Positions 39,253 through 49,137 of a DNA stretch of 64,000 nucleotides are shown piece by piece. Source of the stretch: Candidatus Latescibacterota bacterium (GTDB taxonomy: Bacteria; Latescibacterota; UBA2968; GCA-2709665); assembly GCA_963662665.2 (NCBI GenBank), contig CAXXJS010000011.1, positions 11,916 through 75,915 on the forward strand. Reading direction: 5' to 3'. Both the position numbers and the translations under genes were made by a program. Below the pieces are notes generated by a model. The model was not told where the DNA came from. It saw nothing but the letters and a program-made list of their open reading frames with translations, and searched no databases. Every line of letters starts with the position of its first letter. The stretch's first letter is position 1.

Positions 39253-39882
39253 CTATCGCTGCTCGCTGGGCGCGGCCAGTACGCCGCGGGACCCCGTCAT
39301 TTCCTGCTCGCGGACCGCCGCCCGCACGTTGGGGGCGCGAACCAGGAGCAGTCCCACCGCCGCGTCGTGGGCGTATCCGCACGAAAACGCGACTGTATCC
39401 GGGCTTCGGGATTGCATTTCTCCAAGTTTGACCAGCCCGCCCGCAATTGCAGGGATCCTCCGCGCGCCGTCTTTCCCCTCCCCTTCCGCACCCACGCGGT
39501 ACGTGCCGTCACCAAGGCCGGAGACGGTTATATTCAATCCTGATTTCCTGTCCTGGATCGTCAGCGGGCGAGCCTTGAGCTCGTTGCCGGATGCCAGCTT
39601 GCATGCCTCCAGAAAGACCCGCCGGCACGCCAGTTCGTGTACCTCTCCGCAGGGAAACCGCAGCAGCCCGTCTGGTGTCTGCCCCATTCCGCCCAGCGCC
39701 ACCATTGCGTTGGAGACAAATGCGATCCGCTGGTCGGCCCCCGCTCTTCCGCTGTACGTGTGTACGCGGTACTCGGGATCCCCATCACGCTCCAGCCGGT
39801 AAAGCCCGATTGTGATTTCATGAAAGTGCAGATCCATCGGCACCAGTTCGATGCGCGTTCCGATATCGAGTGTTCGGCCCAT
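39253..39882 (-). CDS. Hypothetical protein, first gene of the methyl-transfer operon
   Basis: Open frame with an internal duplication (FPCGEVHE vs FSCGYAHD) and typical codon use. Confidence 0.7.
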   Translation of the reverse strand: MGRTLDIGTRIELVPMDLHFHEITIGLYRLERDGDPEYRVHTYSGRAGADQRIAFVSNAMVALGGMGQTPDGLLRFPCGEVHELACRRVFLEACKLASGNELKARPLTIQDRKSGLNITVSGLGDGTYRVGAEGEGKDGARRIPAIAGGLVKLGEMQSRSPDTVAFSCGYAHDAAVGLLLVRAPNVRAAVREQEMTGSRGVLAAPSEQR

Positions 39883-39948
39883 CGCGCCATCCTCCGGCAA
39901 GTTTTCTCTTGACAGCAGGTAACCCGGTCTGTTCCTTTATTGATATGA

Positions 39949-39965
39949 TGATGGTCAGACCAATT
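39949..39965. promoter_or_regulatory. FadR-subfamily GntR operator
   Basis: Palindrome TGGTCAGACCA (39952-39962) matches the FadR-type TxGTxxxACxA consensus; it lies between the operon and the divergent FadR gene. Confidence 0.7.
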
Positions 39966-40299
39966 GCAAATATAAGGTTAACCCAATTGGGGACCTTTGT
40001 AAAGCGAAAACTTTCGGCCGTGACGAGCGGGCGGTTCGCGAACCGCCCCTACGATTACCTGACGTCCTTGAAATCGATATCGCCGTCCCACGTGCCAACC
40101 TTGTATTTCCAGGGTCAACCCCTGTGGTTGCCCGCCGTTTTGGGATTTCTGCCCTCTCCCGGCTCACGTCTTCCCGCCTCTTGCCTTTCCCTTCGTGTCT
40201 CCGTGTGAGGCCGGTTTTCGTGGTTTTTCCGGTCTTGGGTTTTTATCCTGTCGATCCCGTCCATCCATGTAAGTCACTGATTCATATAGGAAAGATCGC

Positions 40300-41067
40300 G
40301 TGAACCTGAAACGCCCTACCCCGGCACTCGAACAGATGACACCCGTCAGGCGCACGTCGCTGAGCGATGAAATCGTCGGCCAGATCATCGATCTGATTTC
40401 CCGGGACGTGCTGAAACCCGGCGATCGGCTGCCGCCGGAACGAAGCCTTTGCAAACAGTTCGGGGTCGGCCGGACCTCCCTCAGGGAAGCCCTCCGCACG
40501 CTCTCAGTAATGGGTATCCTGGAACCCCGGATCGGCGAGGGTACGTTCGTGTGCGACAACAGCGGCCGATACCTGGAAAAATCCCTGAGTTGGGGCCTGC
40601 TGCTGGACCCGAAGGAAATCACCGACCTCGTGGAGACCCGGCTCATGCTGGAATCCCGAAATGCATTCCTGGCCGCGGGGCGCGCCACGGAAGCCGACCT
40701 TCGGGAACTCGACCGGACAATCGGCGGAATCGAAGCATCGCTGGACCAGCCCGGCGAGTTTCTGGAATTCGACGTTCGGTTCCATCTGGCCGTTGCCCGG
40801 GCGACCCAGAATTCGATTCTCCGCAACCTCCTTGTGATGATACGCAACTACCTTCAGGAGTGGATAAGGGCCAGCCTGGAGGAACCCGCAACCCATACGG
40901 TGGAGGTGCGGGCCCGGATGTCGGTGGACGAGCATGGAAGAATCCTGCGCGCCATCCGGAAACGCGATGCAGAAGCCGCGCAGCGGGCCATGGAGGAGCA
41001 CATTCTGTCCAGCAGCGTGGACCTTCGGGCGCGCCTCGAAGAAGATTCCGAGACCCGATCGGAATGA
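40300..41067 (+). CDS. GntR/FadR family transcriptional regulator
   Basis: LKPGDRLPPERSL...GVGRTSLREAL HTH and FCD domain DVRFHLAVARATQN. Confidence 0.95.
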   Translation: MNLKRPTPALEQMTPVRRTSLSDEIVGQIIDLISRDVLKPGDRLPPERSLCKQFGVGRTSLREALRTLSVMGILEPRIGEGTFVCDNSGRYLEKSLSWGLLLDPKEITDLVETRLMLESRNAFLAAGRATEADLRELDRTIGGIEASLDQPGEFLEFDVRFHLAVARATQNSILRNLLVMIRNYLQEWIRASLEEPATHTVEVRARMSVDEHGRILRAIRKRDAEAAQRAMEEHILSSSVDLRARLEEDSETRSE

Positions 41068-41075
41068 AACGCTAA

Positions 41076-41266
41076 CCTTGATTCGCAATTCTTCGGGGAA
41101 GTAAAACCGAATATGTGCAAGTAGATAAAGGCGATTTAACTTCTGATTACCAGGATACACCAGGTCACTGGACGTGAACTGAAAAAACGTCCTTTTGGAC
41201 GACCGTTACGCCCCGGTTCAGGGGTTTTCGTCGCGTCGCATAGTTGCAGTTTTATTCGGTTTGCGG
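41076..41266 (+). mobile_element. MITE family A, copy 2 (191 bp, CTAA duplication); intact empty intron target
   Basis: CTAA at 41072-41075 and 41267-41270. Contains TTCGCAA|TTCTTCGGGG, the exact junction the intron occupies in copy 3. Confidence 0.88.
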
Positions 41267-42124
41267 CTAATCGCCCGGTACGTACCGCGCCAACGTCTTC
41301 GAGAATCCCTCGTCTTCCAGCGATTCGGCCATGCGTACGCCTGCCGCGGAGGCTGAATCCCTGGTCAGACTGTCCGCGTTTCCCATCAGCACGCCGACTC
41401 CCGCCGCCCTCAGCATCGGAAGATCGTTGTCCCCGTCTCCAATCGCAAGCGACTGAGAAAGCGAGACGCCGCACGCATCGCAGATCTCGCGCAACGCCAC
41501 CGCCTTGTTCACCTCCGGATGCATGATTTCTATCCGGTCGTCTCCCGTGCGCGCCAGGTAGAACCGTTGTCCGAACGCGGAACCCATCTCCTCGAACACC
41601 TCTTCCCGTCGTTGCGGGCCCGGCAACACGATCATTTTGGGGGGCGGAACGAACGCCCGCGCCCTGGCCAACAGGTCCGCGTCGAGTACGATATTCACAC
41701 CGGTCATTTGTACCAGATTCCCAATCCACTCCGTCTTCTCGTCGGTCAGATAAGCCTCGTTGAGTCCGCGTCCAACGGCCTCGCACCTGCAGTAGATGAA
41801 ATTCAACCGCCAATCGCCAATAAAATCCAACAGGGCAGATAGTCCATCCCCCGGCAATCGCCGCTCGTGCAACAACGGCCGCTCGTTATCCGCCCCATTT
41901 CCCAGCACGATGGCCCCATTGTAGCTCCCCACGTGCAGCGGCGGTCTCAGATCGGGCAAAAACGGCGCCAGGCTCTTCCCCACGTTTCGGCCGCTGATCG
42001 ACGCCATCGCGATGCCGGCTCGTGCCAGCCGCCGTAGCGCCTCGACAGACTCGCTTGACATCCGGCCCCGATCGTCGAGCAGCGTGCCATCCAGATCAAA
42101 CGCCACGAGCCGCACGTCACCCAT
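41267..42124 (-). CDS. Cof-type HAD-IIB hydrolase
   Basis: AFDLDGTLL, SGR, VNKA and AIGDGDNDLPML...MGNA. Confidence 0.92.
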   Translation of the reverse strand: MGDVRLVAFDLDGTLLDDRGRMSSESVEALRRLARAGIAMASISGRNVGKSLAPFLPDLRPPLHVGSYNGAIVLGNGADNERPLLHERRLPGDGLSALLDFIGDWRLNFIYCRCEAVGRGLNEAYLTDEKTEWIGNLVQMTGVNIVLDADLLARARAFVPPPKMIVLPGPQRREEVFEEMGSAFGQRFYLARTGDDRIEIMHPEVNKAVALREICDACGVSLSQSLAIGDGDNDLPMLRAAGVGVLMGNADSLTRDSASAAGVRMAESLEDEGFSKTLARYVPGD

Positions 42125-42159
42125 ATTCCAAACCTCTCCTCGACACGCCGCAACCCCCG

Positions 42160-43176
42160 TCAAAACTCCGTGACCACCTTCGCGGGCTTTCCGGTTTCGA
42201 TCGATTCCGCCACCGCGAAACACGCCGCCATTGTCCGTGCCCCGTCCTTGACGTCAATCATCGGGGTCTCGCCCGTGTCAAGGCAGTGCAGGAAATGCGC
42301 CAGTTCCTCGGCGCACGCGTGAACCTCGCCCAATACCGGAAACGGAATGTCCGCAAATGCCTCAATTTCTCCGAACTCCTTCAGATAAAGCCGGTTCTCC
42401 TCCACCGTACCCTCGGTTCCATACAGATTGAACGTCATCGAATACGGCCGGGGCGCACCCACGGATACCAGGCACTTCCCAATCGCACCGTTCCTGAACT
42501 TTAACGACGCGATCACCGTATCGTGCCAGTCCACGTGGTGCAGAACCTTCGTGACGCCGTAGGCCGACACTTCCTCCAATTCCCCCACGATCCAGCGCAT
42601 CAGGTCCAGCGGGTGACACGCCCCGCCGATCACCGCGAATTGTCCCTCACCCGGGTGCCGCCACCACTGGTGGCCCGGACCCCGAAGGAACGGTTCCAGC
42701 GAATGGACGTAGTCCGACTCGCAGAAACAGGCTTCGCCGAGTTTGCCCGAATCGAACAGGTCCTTGACGGCCCGGTGCAGTTGCCTGAAACGCGCGCCGT
42801 GGCCCACCATCAACTGCCGGCCCGAACCTTCTACCGCGGCAACCATGCGGCGGCAATCCTTCAACGTGGTCGCCATCGGCTTTTCGCAGAGCACGTGCTT
42901 ACCGGCCTCCAGCGCGGCAACGGCCTCGTCGGCGTGCAGCCGGTTGGGCGTACACAGATAGATCACGTCGACCGCTTCATCGGAGACAATCTCCGCGTAA
43001 TCCGTCGTCACCCTTTCGGCCCCGAATTCCGCCTTCATCTCCCGCAATCGACCCGCGCTGCGCTCCGATCCGCAGATCGCATGCAACTTTGTATGCGGGT
43101 TCGCTGCTATCGCCTTGATATGTTCCAGGCCGATGTATCCTGTACCAACGACTGCGATTCCATATTCCGCTGCCAC
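42160..43176 (-). CDS. Gfo/Idh/MocA family oxidoreductase
   Basis: VVGTGYIG, TPNRLH, GKHVLCEKPM and HPLDL. Confidence 0.92.
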   Translation of the reverse strand: MAAEYGIAVVGTGYIGLEHIKAIAANPHTKLHAICGSERSAGRLREMKAEFGAERVTTDYAEIVSDEAVDVIYLCTPNRLHADEAVAALEAGKHVLCEKPMATTLKDCRRMVAAVEGSGRQLMVGHGARFRQLHRAVKDLFDSGKLGEACFCESDYVHSLEPFLRGPGHQWWRHPGEGQFAVIGGACHPLDLMRWIVGELEEVSAYGVTKVLHHVDWHDTVIASLKFRNGAIGKCLVSVGAPRPYSMTFNLYGTEGTVEENRLYLKEFGEIEAFADIPFPVLGEVHACAEELAHFLHCLDTGETPMIDVKDGARTMAACFAVAESIETGKPAKVVTEF

Positions 43177-43202
43177 GACAACGGTCCTTTCGGATAGTGC
43201 GT

Positions 43203-44246
43203 TCAGTCCGCCAGGGGCAGATGCACCACGCCGCCCCGTTCCACGGATCGGAAAACCGCCTCGGTAAACGCCATGTACTTCAGGCCGGCTTCAAAGGTGG
43301 TATCTCCGTGAGGCCCGCCCCGGATCGCGCTCACGAAATCCTGCTCCACGGTCCACTCTCGTGCCTCGGCGTCCGGTATCGGAATCTCGGACAGCCCGCT
43401 GTCTCCGGCCCTCCCGCCCAGAATGGTATCGCTGTCCAGCTTGTAGATCAGGGTCCCCTCGCTGCCGTAGAGCTCCACCTGAGGATCCACGCCAAACCGC
43501 GCCACCGAGGAAAACAGAAACGCGGCCTGCGCGCCGTTTTCCATCTGTCCCATAATATGCACCGAGTCGGGGCGCTCAACCGGCCCCGTGCCCTGGCCGC
43601 CGGCAAGCGGCCGGGCCCTGATAAACGTCTCCGCTTCCGCCGATACGGACTTCATCTGGCCGGCCCAGCGTTGCACGATTTCCACCAGGATGCCCATATT
43701 CAGCGCGTTCAAACCGGAATACCGGTCAATCTGCCGCCAGTGCAGCGGCTGGTCCGGATCGCAATTGTCGCCGCTGAACGACCGTGTGTACACGTGGTAG
43801 ATATCGCCCAGGTATCCCTCCCTGATCAGCCGGCGGATGAACCAGTCGCCCTTCATCGCCATCGGCGACGGGCAAATCTGCGTGACCAGGCCCGTCTCCC
43901 GCGCCCTGGCGTACATGGCCTTCGCTTCGCGCAGGTTCATCGCCATCCGCGCCTGCACGAAGACGTGCTTTCCCGCGTCCAGAGAGGCCAGCACGTATTC
44001 GCAGTGCCGGTACGGCCACGTGCCAATCATCACGGCGTCCACGTCCTCACTGGAGATCAACGCGGTCGGATCCGTCATCAGTCTCGGAGACAGGCCGAAT
44101 TCGCGCGCGATCGCGCCCGCGCTTGCCTCGCTCCGGTTGCAGATGGCAACTACCTCGGCGTTCCCGACCTTCGCCAACCCCGGAAAATGTCGGCTGCGAA
44201 AAATGCCGCCCGCGCCAATGACTCCGATACGTACCTTTTCGGACAT
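43203..44246 (-). CDS. Gfo/Idh/MocA family oxidoreductase
   Basis: IGVIGAGG, TWPYRH and GKHVFVQARM. Confidence 0.88.
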   Translation of the reverse strand: MSEKVRIGVIGAGGIFRSRHFPGLAKVGNAEVVAICNRSEASAGAIAREFGLSPRLMTDPTALISSEDVDAVMIGTWPYRHCEYVLASLDAGKHVFVQARMAMNLREAKAMYARARETGLVTQICPSPMAMKGDWFIRRLIREGYLGDIYHVYTRSFSGDNCDPDQPLHWRQIDRYSGLNALNMGILVEIVQRWAGQMKSVSAEAETFIRARPLAGGQGTGPVERPDSVHIMGQMENGAQAAFLFSSVARFGVDPQVELYGSEGTLIYKLDSDTILGGRAGDSGLSEIPIPDAEAREWTVEQDFVSAIRGGPHGDTTFEAGLKYMAFTEAVFRSVERGGVVHLPLAD

Positions 44247-44312
44247 ATTTCCTCCTTTCGTGTTCGGTCACAAAATACGTCACTATTCGGCCGGCGGCGG
44301 AGCCGTTTCCCG

Positions 44313-45602
44313 TCAAGGCACCGATGACCGCTCCCGATGCAACCGGTTCAGCAGCTCGACGGCCGCATCCGCGATCCGCTCGCCTGAACCCGGCGCATAG
44401 AGGGCGGCCTCGGGTTCGTAGCCGCCTTCCTTATAGGCCTGCTCATCGGGCAGATATCCAACGCTGTCGTTGGCCAGTTCAAGCACCATCGTCTGCCCGA
44501 ACGGAGACCGTTTCTTGATATCCAGCCCAAGTCTTACCAGCAGTTCTCCCGGCACGCCCACCAACGCCAGGTCTCCGATCCGTAGCGCCTGAACCCAGGT
44601 CCGCGCCTCCTCCGGTACTTCCGCCATACGGCGCAGAATCCGCCGGGCGAATGCCCGCTCCGCCATGGTTCCCCGTCCCTTTTCGTCGATATCACGGGCC
44701 CGTGCGATGTCCGCCCGCGAGGGGCGGGCTTTCCGTTGCAGCGCCACTTCTTCCAATGCGGCGCCAAGAGCCTGGTCATCGGCGAACGCCATCCCGTTCC
44801 ATGCCCAGAGGGCATGCGCCGCCACCAGCGCGGCGACCCGCTCGGTGTGCTGAAACCGGTCGTTGGCGCTACGGCTTCCGCCAATGACGTCGTGATTGTT
44901 GATGTCGCCGGAGGCGCCGTTGGAAAGCGCTGCCGTAAACCGTTTGCCGCGCATCCGCTGGATGAGCCGCGAAAAGTACCCGAAATAGTCCGCCGAGACC
45001 TCCCGCTCGTGGTCTCCCCCGCCCACGTAGTGCAACGTGTAGTTGCACAACAGTCCCGCGGGCGTGCCGTCCGGTTTCTGAAGGCAGAGTACGCCCACCT
45101 CCGGGTCCACGGGGCCCGCGGCCTCCATTACGTCCGGATTGCGGAGACCGGGGTTGGTCCGCACCGTGCCATCGGCCATGTGAAAACGCCGGTTGAATAC
45201 CGGCCGTTCCTCTTCCGCGCGCCCCCACCCCGCCACCACGGGTTCGCGCCCGCGCCAGGCCAGGCGCACGGAATCCGCAATCCGTTTCACGAGGAACTCC
45301 GTGTATGGGTCATTTCCCGTCTGGGCGCCCGAATGTGTATGCGTGCAGCAGATCAGCACCCGGTCGGGCGTCAGTCCGGTGGCGTCGGCGATGCGCGCCT
45401 TCGCCGCGTCCAGGTATGTCCGCGCCACACCGATCAGATCGCATACGACTATTGCGATTCCATCCCCGCCGCGCTCCAGCACGAGACTTCGCACATTCAG
45501 CGGATCGTGGATCGCCTCAGCCCGGCGCTCGTGAAAAAGCCCCGGGATTAACGTCCCCAGTGGCGGCGTGATGTCCAGCGTGGTTGCGCCTCCGTTCAAC
45601 AT
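44313..45602 (-). CDS. Neutral/alkaline ceramidase-like metallohydrolase
   Basis: DITPP, HDPL, THTHSG, FNRR, VDPEV, NYTLH, SADYFG, GASGDIN and PGE. Confidence 0.8.
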   Translation of the reverse strand: MLNGGATTLDITPPLGTLIPGLFHERRAEAIHDPLNVRSLVLERGGDGIAIVVCDLIGVARTYLDAAKARIADATGLTPDRVLICCTHTHSGAQTGNDPYTEFLVKRIADSVRLAWRGREPVVAGWGRAEEERPVFNRRFHMADGTVRTNPGLRNPDVMEAAGPVDPEVGVLCLQKPDGTPAGLLCNYTLHYVGGGDHEREVSADYFGYFSRLIQRMRGKRFTAALSNGASGDINNHDVIGGSRSANDRFQHTERVAALVAAHALWAWNGMAFADDQALGAALEEVALQRKARPSRADIARARDIDEKGRGTMAERAFARRILRRMAEVPEEARTWVQALRIGDLALVGVPGELLVRLGLDIKKRSPFGQTMVLELANDSVGYLPDEQAYKEGGYEPEAALYAPGSGERIADAAVELLNRLHRERSSVP

Positions 45603-45613
45603 GGCATCTCCTC

Positions 45614-47899
45614 TCAGCTCATCAATCGCCGCAGCCACGCCTTACCGCGTCCTTCGCGTTTTCTAACCAGCATCACCGAAGTCTTGGCGAAGCGACCCAC
45701 CCGGTCCGGCACCTCGCCGAACAGTAGTTGCTGGAACAGGCCCGTATTGGCCGAGCCCATTACAACCAGATCGAAATCCGCTCCCGCCCTGACAATGCCC
45801 GCCGGAACGGAACGGGAACGGATCGCGCGGCACGCCACCTCGCCCAGATTCGCGTTGCGCAACGTGTGCTGCATCCACCCCATGGCCTCCTGTTCCCGCT
45901 CCGCGTCCGCATCCTCGGGTATTACGTAACATGCCGTTACACGTGAGCCGTATGCCGCAACAATAGGCTCCAGCAATTCAACGGCGAACCGCGTATGGGG
46001 TCCGCCGGCCGTGGGCAGCAGTATTCGATCGAACCTGGCCTGTTCCTGTAACTTCACAACCGCCACGTCTGCGGTGGCGCGGTTCACTACCCTGTCGAGG
46101 ACCTCGCCGAAAATCCGTTCCCGGGTGGTGGTAAAACCCTTCCATCCGATCACCATCAGGTCCGCGTGCTCGTCCGACACCGCCGATAGAATGCCCTCGT
46201 CCACGCGGTGCGCCACCCGGACGTCCGACACCACGCGCAGGTCCTGCTTCTGTGCGTGGGTCTGCGCGGTTCGCAACAACGGCATCCGGTGGTGGATGTA
46301 TTTCATTCCTTCCTGGATGGGCAACTGAATCGGCACCTCCACCGTGGTACTCACGATCAGGTCGCCATCCTTCGCCTTCACGATAGGCATGGAAATATCC
46401 AGCAGCGACGAAATGGTATCCGGATTGGCCACGGGCACCAGAACCCGGTAAGGCCCACGGGCGGTCTCCAGAGGCAGCGCATCCAGAACGTGTGGCTCGG
46501 CCTCTCCCGACTCCTTTTGGAAATAGACGGTGTACGCGAAAAACCCCAACGCGATCCATCCCAGCGCGACGTACCACGCCATCGGATCGAACCGGAACTG
46601 ATAAACCGCGAGGAGCATATTCGAACACGCGCCAAGCAGAGGCAGCCACGGAAACAGGGGTATTCTGTACCTGCGTTGCAGTTCCGGCGCCCGCCGTCGA
46701 AGGACAAGCAGCGACAGGTTCACCAGCGTGAACGTAAGCAGAAACATCAGGCTCGCCGCGGATCCGACAACGTGAATGGGTAGAAGCAGCGCGATGCACG
46801 TCAGAATCGCACCCGTGACCATAATCGCGATATGCGGGGTCCTCCGTTGGGCATGTATCCGTGCCATGCCCAACGGAAGCCACCGGTCCCTGCCCATGGA
46901 GAATGCCACGCGGCTGGAAGCCAGCACGGTCGCGTTCAATGCGGACATGGTGGAAAGCAACCCGCCGACGACGATGGTGGCCACGCCAAACGCAGGCATG
47001 AAACTGTCTGCCGCCTTCACGATCGCCGTTTCCTGGTACCTGCCCAGAAACTCCCACGACGTGGTGGATTCCGGCTGAACCGCGCCCAGAGAGACGAAGA
47101 CGATCAGCAGATAGACAACCACGGTCACGCCCAGGGAAATGAACGTGGCTTTCGGAATATTCGTCTCGGGCTGTTTGATTTCTTCGGCAACGGTCGCGAT
47201 AAGATCGTACCCTTCAAACGCGATGAACGTCAGCCCCATGGCCACCAGCACTCCGCCCAACCCCTTCGGGAAAAAGGGCGAGAAACTCTTCGCCGCCTCG
47301 TGGGGGGCCGCGTAGATGTGCACGAGCCCGTACCAGACGAAAACGAGAAGCACCAGAATCTTGGAGATGGTGATCACGTTCTCCGCCTTGCCCGTCACCT
47401 CCGTGCCACGTACGTTCAACCAGACAAAGACGCCGCTAACGATCACCGTTATCAGCGCAACCGACGGCTGGACCCCTGCCGTTGCCTGAATCGTATGGCT
47501 GACTTCCGGCAGGTACTTGTGGAAAAACTCCCAGAAGTACCCCGCGAACCCCAATGCATAGAGACTGCACGCCACCGTGTACGCGAACCAGAGCATCCAC
47601 CCGGACAGAAACCCCACGGGGCCGGGAAACGCCTTTTTGACGAACGAATAGCCCCCGCCGGCCTCAGGAATTGCCGATGCGAGTTCGGCGTAGCAGAACG
47701 CCGTCATCAAGGTCACCAGGCCGTTGAGCGCGAACGCGAGAATCGACGCCGGGCCCGCCTCCCCCGCCGCGATGCCCGTCAGCACGAAGATCCCCGCGCC
47801 GATCATCGCTCCGATGCCGATCATCGATGCGTCGAAACAGCCCAGGCTCCGGGCGAAGGTAACCCTGTTGGACTCCGACGGGTGGGGAGAAGCAACCAC
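45614..47899 (-). CDS. APC-family amino acid permease fused to universal stress protein domains
   Basis: GAMIGAGIF, AFEGY and AEEIK, about 12 TM helices; C-terminal VLVPVANP and ILLPTAGGPH USP domains. Confidence 0.92.
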   Translation of the reverse strand: MVASPHPSESNRVTFARSLGCFDASMIGIGAMIGAGIFVLTGIAAGEAGPASILAFALNGLVTLMTAFCYAELASAIPEAGGGYSFVKKAFPGPVGFLSGWMLWFAYTVACSLYALGFAGYFWEFFHKYLPEVSHTIQATAGVQPSVALITVIVSGVFVWLNVRGTEVTGKAENVITISKILVLLVFVWYGLVHIYAAPHEAAKSFSPFFPKGLGGVLVAMGLTFIAFEGYDLIATVAEEIKQPETNIPKATFISLGVTVVVYLLIVFVSLGAVQPESTTSWEFLGRYQETAIVKAADSFMPAFGVATIVVGGLLSTMSALNATVLASSRVAFSMGRDRWLPLGMARIHAQRRTPHIAIMVTGAILTCIALLLPIHVVGSAASLMFLLTFTLVNLSLLVLRRRAPELQRRYRIPLFPWLPLLGACSNMLLAVYQFRFDPMAWYVALGWIALGFFAYTVYFQKESGEAEPHVLDALPLETARGPYRVLVPVANPDTISSLLDISMPIVKAKDGDLIVSTTVEVPIQLPIQEGMKYIHHRMPLLRTAQTHAQKQDLRVVSDVRVAHRVDEGILSAVSDEHADLMVIGWKGFTTTRERIFGEVLDRVVNRATADVAVVKLQEQARFDRILLPTAGGPHTRFAVELLEPIVAAYGSRVTACYVIPEDADAEREQEAMGWMQHTLRNANLGEVACRAIRSRSVPAGIVRAGADFDLVVMGSANTGLFQQLLFGEVPDRVGRFAKTSVMLVRKREGRGKAWLRRLMS

Positions 47900-47974
47900 T
47901 GAGACCTCGGACAGGACAGTAAAAAGGCCAGGGACGCGAAAACCGCACCCCTGGCGTTGTAAGCCCGCGAAGGT

Positions 47975-48982
47975 TTACGACGCGGGATTGGAGATATCTT
48001 CGTACCCGGTCAGATGATAGTCATACTCCAGATAATCCAGAAGGCGGCAGAGGCTGCGAAAGGCCACGCCGAACCCGTCCACCCCGCTGGCGCCGCCGAA
48101 CTGGCCGCCCCCCTTAACGTGCGGCTCCAGGTCCACGAATACGCCGGGCACACCCAGTGGAGAGAGGCGCCCCCGGACTTCCGGTACGAGGTCCCGGAAG
48201 TCGCGCAACATCTGCTCGTGCCCCGAATCGCCCCGGTCCACGGGGATGAACCGGGTCAGCCCCCGCTCCTCCGCGGCAGTCAGCATGGCCTGGTTCGACG
48301 GGTTGTTGAACCCCTTGATATGTATCCAGCCCACGCCGGGCTTCATTTTGACATAGTGCTTGTATGCGCTGTCCGGGCTGTGACCCTTTGACTCCATGTT
48401 CCCCACGTCGGGAATAATGCAGACGTATGGACTATTGACTTTCTCGAAAAGTGCGATCAGCGTGTCCCCGTCACCGCCAATCAGATCCGCCTCCACCTCC
48501 ATACCGTAGACCACGCCCGCCGACGCACATCTCTCAACGATCTGCCCCAGTTGGTCAGCCGCCTGATCCAGGTACGCCCACGCGTCCTCCCCGTGCGGAT
48601 GGTAATAGCTGAATCCTCTGAGCAGCTTGGTGTCGAATGCGTGTGCGAGATCGATCGCCCGCTGCACGTCGTTCTTCAGATAGGACTCAAATGGAACGTA
48701 CCGGTTCTGCGTGCCGTCTTCCCCGTCTACGAGCTTGACCTTGCCCAGTGGAGAGCCTACGCTGGAGACGTTGACGTCAAACGCCTTGTGGAGATCCTGG
48801 AGCCGTTGTACTTCCTCGTCCGACAGCTCCATGACGTTTTTAACGCCATTGCCGAGATCGATAAACCGGATGGTGTAATACGACAGCCCGAGGGCCGACA
48901 TCATCGTCAGCTGTTCTTCGGCCCTTTTGCTTTCCGGACCCTCATCCGCAAAACCGGATAGAATGACTTCGGATCTGGCCAT
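47975..48982 (-). CDS. Sugar phosphate isomerase/epimerase (xylose-isomerase-like TIM barrel)
   Basis: LSGFADE, GSPLGK, DVGN, IHIK and DLEPH. Confidence 0.8.
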   Translation of the reverse strand: MARSEVILSGFADEGPESKRAEEQLTMMSALGLSYYTIRFIDLGNGVKNVMELSDEEVQRLQDLHKAFDVNVSSVGSPLGKVKLVDGEDGTQNRYVPFESYLKNDVQRAIDLAHAFDTKLLRGFSYYHPHGEDAWAYLDQAADQLGQIVERCASAGVVYGMEVEADLIGGDGDTLIALFEKVNSPYVCIIPDVGNMESKGHSPDSAYKHYVKMKPGVGWIHIKGFNNPSNQAMLTAAEERGLTRFIPVDRGDSGHEQMLRDFRDLVPEVRGRLSPLGVPGVFVDLEPHVKGGGQFGGASGVDGFGVAFRSLCRLLDYLEYDYHLTGYEDISNPAS

Positions 48983-49137
48983 AACAGGACACCTCTAATA
49001 ATGGAAATGGATCAGACGACCTCTCTCCTGGAAAACGAGCCGGTTGCCGTGCCGTCCGGTGGCTCAGCGGGCGAATCCGACGTAAGCCCTCCGAATCTCA
49101 TTTTCAATTTCTACGTCTCACGTCCCTGGACGTTACG

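Noticed and set aside
39900-40299. Cobalamin or SAM riboswitch upstream of the corrinoid operon
   Set aside because: No B12-box or SAM-I core was recognised; only a FadR palindrome and REP-like hairpins (about 40028-40052 and 40111-40133).
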